64,000 nt of DNA from a virus. A model generated the notes under the pieces. The model saw only the letters and a program-made list of their open reading frames with translations, made no database searches and had not been told where the DNA came from. Below, piece by piece: positions 29,117 to 37,658 of this stretch (positions are counted from its first letter, which is position 1; the number at the start of each line of letters is the position of its first letter). The translations under genes and the position numbers were made by a program. Where the stretch lies: positions 32,001-96,000 of the IMG/VR virus record IMGVR_UViG_3300043449_002191; one strand, written 5' to 3'.

Positions 29117-30200
29117 GTCTTTTTACTTGCATTAACTCCTCAATTAGCGCAGGAATAAGCAGTGATTCCATTTGCGTGAGTAATTCTGGCTTCATTCTAC
29201 TGATAGCAAGCTGGAATGGTGTATTTTCTGCTAACAAAACATCGTCGTATTTTTGATTTTCGTCCAACATAGCTGCCCTCCTTAAAGTAAATCAGTCTTT
29301 TTAATCTTAGGCATCATGCTGCCATTTTCATACAAAACGATTTCTACTTGGGCTTCATATTTATCCAGAGTAGAAACAGTTAACTTATTGTCACCCATGT
29401 ACAAGTTAACGGACTCAGAGTGAGTATTTGCTTCAAGCCACTGCAATGCCTTTTTAAGATCTTTTATATCAATTTTCATACGTTTGCCCTTTATTTTTTA
29501 GATATTTAAAAGTCCAATCCCATAGCCGATAGCCCCACCAACAAGTCCAGCTATTAAATGTCTAGAAATGGCAGGAATATTGAATTCTTTGCCTAGTTGG
29601 TGGATTGCCTGCCCTGTAACAAACGCTAAAAATAATGCTAAAGCCAGTTTCATACATCCTCCGAGCCTTTAATCTATTATATCGCAAAACCTTAGTCCTG
29701 ATTTAGCTTTTCTAAATCTTTTTTAGCTTCATTTAATTCTGCGATAATTTTGTCGATACTCAGAATAACGCCGTTTAAAACGTCTTCTTTGCTGAATCCA
29801 TAAACGTAATCTTTAATAAGTATGTGCCCATCCAGTGATGTATCTTTACCTTTGCCATCATCTTCTATGCGTACACTAACAGGACTATTGTATTGTTTTT
29901 TATTTTCCCAGACTTTCATCTTGGCCTCCTATTCATTTTAATCTACTATTCATTATAAAGTGAATAGACCAATTAATATGCTTTTTAGTAATAATACACC
30001 TCAGAACTAGTAGACTCCCCTTCAGGCTTTTCAAACAAATCTAAGCAATCCAAAAAGCACTGATGTATGCTCATATGTTTTTGCTTAGTTTCTTTGTTTA
30101 ACTTTTTGACAGTTGCACTAATATGATCTATAGATGTGTAAATTTGCTTATCTTTTTGCTTCCATTCCCCATTATCGAATACTATCACGACCCATTTCAT
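29082..30200 (-). other. cluster of small hypothetical ORFs (29082-29270, 29282-29479, 29498-29653 membrane protein, 29692-29919, 29985-30200)
   Basis: Co-oriented ORFs with GGAG/GAGG RBSs; no recognisable domains. Confidence 0.6.
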
Positions 30201-30394
30201 TCAGGCTCCCAGTCATTTGCCCATTCCAGCCACGAAAATTCATGGACTGCTTTCCTAATTTGACGTTTAGGTGCTTCCATCTTAACATTTTGCTCCATAA
30301 AGTCAAGGATATTTTCTAATACCTCTTCTCTTACGTCTACATTATTATTACTAAGATGCGCTTTTAGCTGTTTAATTGCTTCACTTCGTTTCAT
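30197..30394 (-). CDS. MKRSE...WEPE family mini-protein
   Basis: Starts MKRSEA and ends WEPE; flanked by both junction repeats (the 3' one truncated). Confidence 0.75.
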   Translation of the reverse strand: MKRSEAIKQLKAHLSNNNVDVREEVLENILDFMEQNVKMEAPKRQIRKAVHEFSWLEWANDWEPE

Positions 30395-32112
30395 CGTTGA
30401 CCCCTCATTTCTTTAATTTGATCTTCTAATTCGCTAATGGTATTTAATAAAACCGAAATAATTCTGTAATTTGAAGGAGGTGTATCTAGCCATTCAAATT
30501 CATAGCCCTTACACTTAGATTGTAAATCAATTTTTAGCCATGTATAATTTGAACTTGCGCGGCACCCTAAAAATTTGCCATCCTCACTTATAACCATGCC
30601 AAAACAATTATCATGGTCTGGTGTCATCGGAAATCCATATGCTTTCATTTTAATCTCCTGACAAAATAATAAGTTAGCCCAAACCAGCGAACGGATGGTT
30701 TATCTGCATTAAGGATAATAATTTTACCGCTGGGGGTTTTGTATAGTGATCTGGCGGCCTTTAGGTCATTCATGAACAATCCTCCTGATAGCCTTCCAGC
30801 AGATATACCCAGCCTCACCATTCACATCATCGGTATTATGGTATTCAGATGCTTCCTCCAGTGCCTCAATAGCAAGGTCTAGTTTTTTCTGTAATTCTTC
30901 ATAGGCGGAATATTCAATAACGTGAATAGCATTGCCACGGAACTTTTCAGTATCTTGTTCGTAAATATATGCAGATTTAACAGAGGGGTTGTCTACATTT
31001 AAAATGCTGTCAATCCAAAACTGTTCAGGCTTTTGATTGCTCATCTTCAGATTCTCCTCTATTGGCTGTTAATATTTTAAGGAAATTGTCTGCTGCGGTA
31101 TTTGCTAAGTCATACTGGTCTGGGAGCTTATAGCCTCTTTTAGACAACTCATCAACAAATGCCACGGCAATATTTGACTGCCAAGCAAACCAATACCCAA
31201 TATCTTTTTTCAATTCAGCAGATAAATGATCTATAGCTTCTTTAGTTTCCATCTTTAAGCTCCTTTAAAACAATTCTAGCTAATTTTCCACCATACATCA
31301 TGTAGCTATCATGGGGCTCAAGGTCTCTATTTGTGATGTTTTTGTACACGTCTTTCCAGTTAGGGGTAAGACCACCCTCAGCAACTAGCTCCCCTCGGTC
31401 ATTGTACATTCCATTATAGTTCCAATTGTTTTTGTCTGCATAGAATTCTAACGCTTCAATAGCTTTTCGTAGTTTAAATTTAAGATCTTTAGTAGAATCG
31501 GGCATTATCTACCTGCCTTTTTAAGGATTTCTCGTAAATCATGCTGTAAGTCCTTGTATTTACTGTAAACTTCCTTATATTGAGCAATAAATGTATCATC
31601 CAATTCGATGCCATATTCTTCTAAATAGTCTTCGCCAAACATTTCAATAACTTCTTCTTGATCTTTTAGGTACAGCTTAAACCTATCTTCTTCATTTATA
31701 ACGACTTTACGTTTCATCTTTATACTCTCCACCAGTCATTAAAAAGCCAATTTGATTGGCAAGTTTAGTATTGCCAGCTCTAATTAATGAGTTAATTAGA
31801 GCCACTGAACTATACTCTCGTCCAGTTCTCTCGGCATCATATCTATCTAAAACAGATTGTGCCTCCTCATCAGTGTAGCTTTTTTGAATAACATAGTCAA
31901 GTAAAATTTGTTCAGGTGTTTTCACGGTCTAGCTCCTGTAAATAAAAACTAATAAACGAAAATGCGAGAAGAGGTGACATTATCGCAAGGATTCCTAAAT
32001 AACCATTTATTTCTATTGCGGATAACACCATAAAGGTATATCCCACTACAAGGACGGCAAGCGATATTAGCAAGATGGAAGCTTTCAAAAATGCTTTAAT
32101 AATCTTATTCAT
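30391..32112 (-). other. run of coupled small hypothetical ORFs (30391-30648, 30766-31044, 31025-31252, 31242-31505, 31505-~31717, 31707-31925, 31912-32112)
   Basis: Overlapping stop/start codons; 31912-32112 has two hydrophobic helices; 30766 and 31242 share AIEALE. Confidence 0.65.
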
Positions 32113-32314
32113 CTTCAGGCTCCCAAGCGTTTACGCCTTCTAGGTCCGATCCTAGCGCTTTAACTTCTGGTGGTAACATTCCTAAATCTTCCATAGCCAA
32201 TAATAATTCACTAGCAACCATTTCCCAGTATTCTTTTGGGTCTCTCTCAGTATAGTCCATTCTCGGTGTCATAATAACTTGAGCCATATATTTCACCATT
32301 TCACTTCGTTTCAT
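32105..32314 (-). CDS. MKRSE...GMLPP...WEPEDE family mini-protein
   Basis: All three family motifs present. Confidence 0.8.
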   Translation of the reverse strand: MKRSEMVKYMAQVIMTPRMDYTERDPKEYWEMVASELLLAMEDLGMLPPEVKALGSDLEGVNAWEPEDE

Positions 32315-32561
32315 CTTCAACCTCTTTTAAAGAATCCAAAAACTTCCAGAATATATGTAAGTGAAATTTACTAGGGCTCACTGGAGAGTATTCACCACAG
32401 TCTGGGCATCTATAGGCCACAATTCCATCATATATGCCAAGAAAGCCGCCGTCAATGCCTATTTCGCGTTTCCAGACATATGGGGGACTATAGTTGTGTT
32501 TAAGATCATCTGGAATTTCCTCACCAATCCAATTTGAATTACATATAGGACAGTTACTCAT
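32301..32561 (-). CDS. zinc-ribbon-like small protein (copy A)
   Basis: CPIC...CPDC; near-identical to 33229-33489. Confidence 0.75.
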   Translation of the reverse strand: MSNCPICNSNWIGEEIPDDLKHNYSPPYVWKREIGIDGGFLGIYDGIVAYRCPDCGEYSPVSPSKFHLHIFWKFLDSLKEVEDETK

Positions 32562-32775
32562 CTTCAGGCTCCCATAAGCATTCGCTAGATACTAAAGTAT
32601 TACCGTTATCTTGATCTATATACCTAATTGTTTCTGGGGGTAGCATGCCAGCTTTTTCTATTTCTAATAATAAGCCACTAGACATGGTAATTCTATCCTG
32701 TTCAGTAGAACAAGTGCTAGTATCATTATCTTTTATCCAGTCTGCTAGGATTTTAAGGATCTCACTTCGTTTCAT
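32554..32775 (-). CDS. MKRSE...GMLPP...WEPEDE family mini-protein
   Basis: C-terminal half identical in protein sequence to 33482-33691. Confidence 0.8.
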   Translation of the reverse strand: MKRSEILKILADWIKDNDTSTCSTEQDRITMSSGLLLEIEKAGMLPPETIRYIDQDNGNTLVSSECLWEPEDE

Positions 32776-33007
32776 CTTCAATCCCTTCGTTTAAAGCCGC
32801 AATCAATGCATCTGCATATTTTAGCGCTGCTGCTGCTGTTAGTTTACCAGTGTCTTGATAGTCAGGAAAAAAGCTTGCGTTATGTGATATTAGCCCTTGC
32901 ATCGCCAAAGCTGCAAAATGCTCACGTTTAGTTAAGCCAACGCATTGACCTACACCGCCATTATCAGCAAATGTTACTCCTATTGGTTCATGTGGGTTAG
33001 TTTTCAT
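32762..33007 (-). CDS. hypothetical protein (GLTKREHFAALAMQGL...ADALIA type)
   Basis: Start ATG lies inside the 17-bp repeat; this motif type is common in phage small proteins. Confidence 0.7.
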   Translation of the reverse strand: MKTNPHEPIGVTFADNGGVGQCVGLTKREHFAALAMQGLISHNASFFPDYQDTGKLTAAAALKYADALIAALNEGIEDETK

Positions 33008-33242
33008 CTTCAGGCTCCCACTCATACACATCTGGCAATTCCCCTAGAGACTTTCCATCCATGCTGGTCACTTGGTAAGTTTCCAATGGAGGCGGCAACA
33101 TACCGAACCCCTCAATCATATCTAGTAATCTAGATGCTCTACGCTTAAAGGTAGCCTCTTCTGTCTCATTACCGTGTTTACCATTCACTTCAGGGTCGGC
33201 CAGTTCATCAGCCATTAAATCTATCATCTCACTTCGTTTCAT
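32997..33242 (-). CDS. MKRSE...GMLPP...WEPEDE family mini-protein
   Basis: All motifs present; N-terminus MKRSEMIDLMAD is nearly identical to that of 33691. Confidence 0.8.
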   Translation of the reverse strand: MKRSEMIDLMADELADPEVNGKHGNETEEATFKRRASRLLDMIEGFGMLPPPLETYQVTSMDGKSLGELPDVYEWEPEDEN

Positions 33243-33489
33243 CGTTGACCTCTTTTAAAAAATCCAAAAACTTCCAGAATATATGTAAGTGAAATTTACT
33301 AGGGCTCACTGGAGAGTACTCGCCGCAATCTGGGCATTTCAAAGCCACAATACCATCATATATGCCAAGATAGCCGCCGTCAATACCTATTTCGCGTTTC
33401 CAGACATATGGGGGACTATAGTGATGTTTAAGATCATCTGGGATTTCTCCACCAATCCAATTTGAATTACAATTAGGACAGTTATTCAT
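33229..33489 (-). CDS. zinc-ribbon-like small protein (copy B)
   Basis: CPNC...CPDC. Confidence 0.75.
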   Translation of the reverse strand: MNNCPNCNSNWIGGEIPDDLKHHYSPPYVWKREIGIDGGYLGIYDGIVALKCPDCGEYSPVSPSKFHLHIFWKFLDFLKEVNDETK

Positions 33490-33691
33490 CTTCAGGCTCC
33501 CATAAGCATTCGCTAGATACTAAAGTATTGCCGTTATCTTGATCTATATACCTAATTGTTTCAGGGGGCAGCATACCAGCCTTCTCCATCTCCTTTAAGA
33601 CAAGGACCATTCTATCTCTAGTGGTATAACTATTCGTTGTGAACTTAATATAGGTATCAGCCATTAAATCTAACATCTCACTTCGTTTCAT
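33482..33691 (-). CDS. MKRSE...GMLPP...WEPEDE family mini-protein
   Basis: All motifs present; apparently chimeric. Confidence 0.8.
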   Translation of the reverse strand: MKRSEMLDLMADTYIKFTTNSYTTRDRMVLVLKEMEKAGMLPPETIRYIDQDNGNTLVSSECLWEPEDE

Positions 33692-34226
33692 CTTCAGACT
33701 CCTTCTCATTGGCTATCTCCACAGCAAATAATAGATTTAGTTCTTGTTGGGCAGCAACATAAGCAGCATCAGCAGCAGCGGCAGCAGCATAAGCAGCAGT
33801 AGCAGCGGCATCAGCAGCATAAGCAGCAGTAGCAGCAGCGGCAGCAGCGGCAGCAGCATAAGCAGCATAAGCAGCAGCATAAGCAGCATAAGCAGCAGTA
33901 GCATAATAAACAAGTTGCTTATTATTTTCTTTAATTATTTTTAGATAGAGTTCGGCAGCGTTAATTGCTTTTCTTGGTCTTTTGTCATTAGGATACTTTT
34001 CTTCAAAGACATGTAAAACAGATGATGCACATTTTAATGCAAATTTAACATTCTGTTGTTTTGTAAACAAGTTTGTAATTACCCAAATTTTGTCTGAATA
34101 ACTAATATTTTCTAATAATACAAAATCTTCAATATTATTATCAAAATCTTTGTAATGTTCTAAAAAATTATCAAATCTATTTTTGCAAGGATTTAACTTT
34201 TCTATAATTTCTTTATTAATTTTCAT
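33678..34226 (-). CDS. hypothetical protein with an Ala/Tyr low-complexity tract (Imm5-like region)
   Basis: FALKCASSVLHVFEEKYPNDKRPRKAINAA followed by AYAA repeats. Confidence 0.7.
   Translation of the reverse strand: MKINKEIIEKLNPCKNRFDNFLEHYKDFDNNIEDFVLLENISYSDKIWVITNLFTKQQNVKFALKCASSVLHVFEEKYPNDKRPRKAINAAELYLKIIKENNKQLVYYATAAYAAYAAAYAAYAAAAAAAAATAAYAADAAATAAYAAAAAADAAYVAAQQELNLLFAVEIANEKESEDETK
33750..33905. repeat. triplet-based microsatellite (GCA/TAA units) encoding a poly-Ala/Tyr tract
   Basis: Iterated gcagcagcataa / gcagcagta units. Confidence 0.9.
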
Positions 34227-34443
34227 CTTCAGGCTCCCAGTCAACTGCTACTCTAAATGTATAATGCTTTCCTTGGCCATCCTCAATTGTGGGCTTCATG
34301 CCTCTATTCTCAAATTCACCAAGAATAAAGTCAACCATTTTTCTTGGGCTAGACGATATATTGCTGTCAATGTACTCTGCAAAGATATTAGCCACAGCCT
34401 CCACCATCTCACTACGTTTAATTTTTCCTACTCCTCGATACAT
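34216..34443 (-). CDS. MKRSE-family mini-protein (IKRSEM...GMKPT...WEPEDEN), start uncertain
   Basis: Family motifs present; the codon at the usual start position is ATT. Confidence 0.7.
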   Translation of the reverse strand: MYRGVGKIKRSEMVEAVANIFAEYIDSNISSSPRKMVDFILGEFENRGMKPTIEDGQGKHYTFRVAVDWEPEDEN

Positions 34444-34637
34444 GATACCCCCAAAGAGCTTTTAATTCTGTAGCAGATCTTTCCTGATTCTTTATCAAAA
34501 TACCGCTCTACATCATCCCAAATAGGTCTTTCATCTTCTATTATATCTTTTTTCTTGTCTAAGTTCAGGTGTATTGGCCCAGACTCAATACAACCCGAAG
34601 TCAAAAGCGCTGCTAAGACTATCACTTCCTTAAGCAT
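34428..34637 (-). CDS. small lipoprotein
   Basis: Lipobox LTSGC; paralog of 34622-34828. Confidence 0.7.
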   Translation of the reverse strand: MLKEVIVLAALLTSGCIESGPIHLNLDKKKDIIEDERPIWDDVERYFDKESGKICYRIKSSLGVSCIEE

Positions 34638-34828
34638 GAAATTCCTCTAGCGTTTCTAACAGTATAGCAAACCACGCCGTATTCCTCGTCAATATAACGC
34701 TCAAGGTCAGATGTTCCTCTGCTTTCTTGTTTAATTCTTTTGTCTAGGTTTAAATGTTTACGGCTAAACTTTTTGCCACAACCAGAAAACAGCATAAGCC
34801 CAATAATTACCATTACAATTTTTTTCAT
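34622..34828 (-). CDS. small lipoprotein
   Basis: Lipobox LFSGC; ERYID...CY...GISC shared with its neighbour. Confidence 0.7.
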   Translation of the reverse strand: MKKIVMVIIGLMLFSGCGKKFSRKHLNLDKRIKQESRGTSDLERYIDEEYGVVCYTVRNARGISCLRK

Positions 34829-35319
34829 GGCCGCACTCCTTTAACCAAAGTCAAAAATGAAAGCTTTTCATTCAGGCACATTTTTGTAGTATCTGCTAGA
34901 ACAAACTCTTTTGGAGTCTGGGGATAATATACATCACCTTCGATAACTTTATCAATTACAGTCATGTAAATCTTATCAGTCATAGGGAGAGTCTTTTCAT
35001 AGATAGCAGCCCCACCGATAACAAAAACTTCACCTGTTTTATCTAGACCTTTAGCCAACTCAATGGCACTTTCAATGGAATCCACAAACTTAAGATTCTC
35101 GGTCTCTTTTATAGCTTTGGGTTTAGAGGTGATGACAATGTTCATGCGATTCTTTAGGGGTGATTTAATAGACTGGAAGGTCTTTCTGCCCATAATAACT
35201 ACATGGCCCGTAGTCCTAGCTTTAAAGTAAGCCAGCTCTTCAGGGATATACCATGGGATAATTCCGCCACGTCCGATAACACCATTTTTAGCCATGCAAA
35301 CAATATGAGAAAGCGTCAT
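34825..35319 (-). CDS. folA: dihydrofolate reductase
   Basis: NGVIG...IPW.IPEELAYFK.RT.GHVVIMGRKTFQSI..PL.NR.NIVIT and FVIGGA.IY motifs. Confidence 0.95.
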   Translation of the reverse strand: MTLSHIVCMAKNGVIGRGGIIPWYIPEELAYFKARTTGHVVIMGRKTFQSIKSPLKNRMNIVITSKPKAIKETENLKFVDSIESAIELAKGLDKTGEVFVIGGAAIYEKTLPMTDKIYMTVIDKVIEGDVYYPQTPKEFVLADTTKMCLNEKLSFLTLVKGVRP

Positions 35320-35735
35320 TTTGTGTCGCCTTTCTCTAACGAATTTAATTGCATTACTCGAACAAACATTCCGTCATAATAAGCTCGCAATTTAACATCG
35401 AAAAGCGTATTTGTCCAGGTATCTTCAGAGGTTAGACTAAGTGTAATGTATTTTTTTTCAATATCTATCGAGTACAAATTAAACCCAAGAACAGTTAGGC
35501 GCTCCATTGCTATTTCTCTACCCACTTTTTTATTAAACTGATCTCCTGGGTGGAGAAACGCTGCCCCTACTTCCAAAGGAAAAGCTGCTGCATAGTAGTT
35601 ATCTTTAATTGCATTTGATGCAAACTCTACTAAGTCAGAAAACTGAGGTACTTCAATTACAAATGTACCGCAATTTCTCCGGCCATTGTAGCGTGGCTTC
35701 TCTGGACGGTTGTGGATAGTTGCATACCGATTCAT
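35316..35735 (-). CDS. hypothetical protein
   Basis: 139 aa, GGAGG RBS, DQFNKKVGREIA motif. Confidence 0.7.
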   Translation of the reverse strand: MNRYATIHNRPEKPRYNGRRNCGTFVIEVPQFSDLVEFASNAIKDNYYAAAFPLEVGAAFLHPGDQFNKKVGREIAMERLTVLGFNLYSIDIEKKYITLSLTSEDTWTNTLFDVKLRAYYDGMFVRVMQLNSLEKGDTK

Positions 35736-35846
35736 TACGACCTCCGTATTGATTTATTATACCTTAATTCCAAAAGTCGTTGTAATACCACCAATCCAAA
35801 GTCATACCAGAAAAAAGTACAATCATTAGTATAATTGCGTATTCCA

Positions 35847-36497
35847 TTATTTCTCCAAAGACTTTCTCAGGTTATCTGTTTCCAATATTACTCTTTCTTT
35901 ACTAAAGTCTAACTTTAATATTTGACAATTTTCATATCTAGGAAAGCTATCGTATTGACTTGCATCAGAATCAAGCAAAGCACATAAAAGCATAGTTATG
36001 TGTACTTGATGAGAAAAAACCATGATGTTGCCTTTAATACGACCCATCATGTAGTCCAGCTTCAATTTATTAACAAAAGTGACTGCTCTAGTGTAAGTGT
36101 CGGCTACGCTTTCGCCATTTTTAAAGCGGTAATAGAATTTGCCGTATCTGTCACGCTTTTCCAAGGTATCTTCAATATCAAGCTTATCTTTAAAATTTTT
36201 CCACTCCTGCTCTCGTATAAGAGCCTCCACATTAACAGTCTTAGCTTTAAGACCTTGAGTAGCAAGTTCATAAGTTTCCATTGCTCTTTTATAAGGGGAC
36301 ACGTAAATATGCACCTCAGAGTCATTCACCTTTCCCAAATCTCTCATAAGGTAATAGCCAGCCTCAATGCTCTGAATTCTACCTTCTTGGGTCAACGAGA
36401 TGTTTTGATCTAGCTCAGGGTAATGCTCATTATTTTTTTGCCTAACATTTCCTTCGGATTCACCGTGTCTAATTAAATAAATTTTCATAATACCCAA
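35847..36497 (-). CDS. histidine phosphatase (phosphoglycerate mutase family)
   Basis: IYLIRHGES, SPYKRA.ET, REQ.W, GES and VFSH motifs. Confidence 0.9.
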   Translation of the reverse strand: MGIMKIYLIRHGESEGNVRQKNNEHYPELDQNISLTQEGRIQSIEAGYYLMRDLGKVNDSEVHIYVSPYKRAMETYELATQGLKAKTVNVEALIREQEWKNFKDKLDIEDTLEKRDRYGKFYYRFKNGESVADTYTRAVTFVNKLKLDYMMGRIKGNIMVFSHQVHITMLLCALLDSDASQYDSFPRYENCQILKLDFSKERVILETDNLRKSLEK

Positions 36498-36690
36498 ACC
36501 TCTTTTACAATTTTAAATTAATAAATATAACAGGTATGTATTAAACCTTTTCCGTAGCAATATTCAGAGTTTATCTTGTGTATTTTATCAAGATTGTGGC
36601 TACTACAGACTATTTTGCCATTATACTCTAATTTATAGAGCGCCAATCGATTCATATATACCTCACAGTAAAAGCATCCAATGCAATTAG

Positions 36691-36800
36691 TCGCCCATCC
36701 GTGGGCAACATTTTTAGGAAACAGTCGAACAGCAAGTGGGGCACGACTTTCGAGTTAACCGTATGGGCTCCCCAGCCCACCACCTTTCCTCGTCCTAACA
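36691..36800 (-). ncRNA. candidate structured small RNA or leader
   Basis: GC-rich intergenic stretch starting at the TSS of TTTACT-16 nt-TATACT; nested stems TTAGGA/TCCTAA, AGGTGG/CCACTT, TGGGCT-GGGG-AGCCCA and TACGGTT/AGTCGTG, then TTGCCCA-CGGA-TGGGCGA. Confidence 0.45.
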
Positions 36801-36864
36801 AAACCAGTATATCAAAGATTAATTAAAAGTAAAGAATTATTTTTAGTAGGTATCAAACTGAGAA

Positions 36865-37080
36865 TCAGTCTTCTTCGATCTCGCCATAAACCTTGAGGTC
36901 AAAAACGCCTTCTTCTTCTGTAGGCGAATAAGTGTAAACCCAGTCAGGGCACCACCGTTGATACTCAGATTCTTTCATGAGTGCTTCTTCCAAGTATGAT
37001 AAAGACATTTCCATGTCATCCATGTCCGGTTTCCACTCAGCCTCATAAATAAGCCTTTTGGCTGGGCCATGGTCCATCAT
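36865..37080 (-). CDS. hypothetical acidic protein
   Basis: 71 aa, coupled to the aldolase gene. Confidence 0.6.
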   Translation of the reverse strand: MMDHGPAKRLIYEAEWKPDMDDMEMSLSYLEEALMKESEYQRWCPDWVYTYSPTEEEGVFDLKVYGEIEED

Positions 37081-37658
37081 CGCTTAACTCCTGATTTGAG
37101 TACGATTTCGCAAACATGGTCTGCTCGTTCAATATGCTCATAGCATTCCCAAGGATTACTTCCTACTACGCATACGCCATGTAAGGCCTGAGCAACGATA
37201 TCGCTACCTGTTAGCATTAAGTTCCTATAAGTGGACTCACCAAGTTCCTCTGAAACTGCAGGAATAATAGGTACATCTGGCCCTACTTTAGTATATCGTG
37301 ACAATTCAATGAATTGAGCAGCAATTTCCTGTAAAGACCATCCAGCATATAATGCCGCAATAATGTGAGTAGGATGAGCATGAACTACAACTCTGGTTGA
37401 GCTATTATCATGCAATTGGATTAACTTGTGCATATGCAGTTCACCGGAAGGTTTTGAACCATCTGGAATTACCAGATTGTTGCCATCTACCTTCATCTTG
37501 ATGATATCTTCAACTCGTAGCACGTTTTTTCTGACACCACTTGGAGTTATATATATGATATTGCTGCCTTTACGTCTTAGGGATGCATTGCCATCTCTGG
37601 TTGTAATCCAGCCTCGTTCATATAGTCTTTTCATCACATCGCACATTGCCGTGATCAT
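37077..37658 (-). CDS. class II aldolase/adducin family protein
   Basis: DGNAS.R, ITPSG..K, KPSGEL.MH, VVHAHP and HG metal-binding motifs. Confidence 0.9.
   Translation of the reverse strand: MITAMCDVMKRLYERGWITTRDGNASLRRKGSNIIYITPSGVRKNVLRVEDIIKMKVDGNNLVIPDGSKPSGELHMHKLIQLHDNSSTRVVVHAHPTHIIAALYAGWSLQEIAAQFIELSRYTKVGPDVPIIPAVSEELGESTYRNLMLTGSDIVAQALHGVCVVGSNPWECYEHIERADHVCEIVLKSGVKR

Larger units (their letters stand above)
32301..33590. repeat. ~360-bp direct duplication (32301-~32660 and 33229-~33590, offset 928)
   Basis: Covers the zinc-ribbon gene plus the 3' half of the adjacent family gene; similarity stops just upstream of the GMLPP codons. Confidence 0.9.
32109..34239 (-). repeat. 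interspersed junction repeats TGGGAGCCTGAAGATGA (x5) and GATGAAACGAAGTGA (x4 in span, a fifth at 30381)
   Basis: 17-mer at 32109, 32558, 33004, 33486 and 34223 (partial copy at 30201); 15-mer at 30381, 32301, 32762, 33229 and 33678. Confidence 0.9.

Noticed and set aside
32301-33590. Diversity-generating retroelement TR/VR pair
   Set aside because: Differences are not confined to adenines, both copies are intact genes, and there is no reverse transcriptase in the window.
33744-33944. Poly-Ser ORF on the + strand, and Pro/Thr-rich ORFs at 45976-46436
   Set aside because: Shadow frames of the Ala-repeat and Gly-rich genes.
32109-34239. CRISPR-array interpretation of the 15/17-bp repeats
   Set aside because: The intervals are 200-700 bp and fully coding, the repeats are not palindromic, and there are no cas genes.
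36714-36798. tRNA-Sec/tRNA-Ser-like gene (contains GTTCGA and a 6-bp hairpin)
   Set aside because: GTTCGA is not in a T-arm, and no acceptor stem or CCA can be built.
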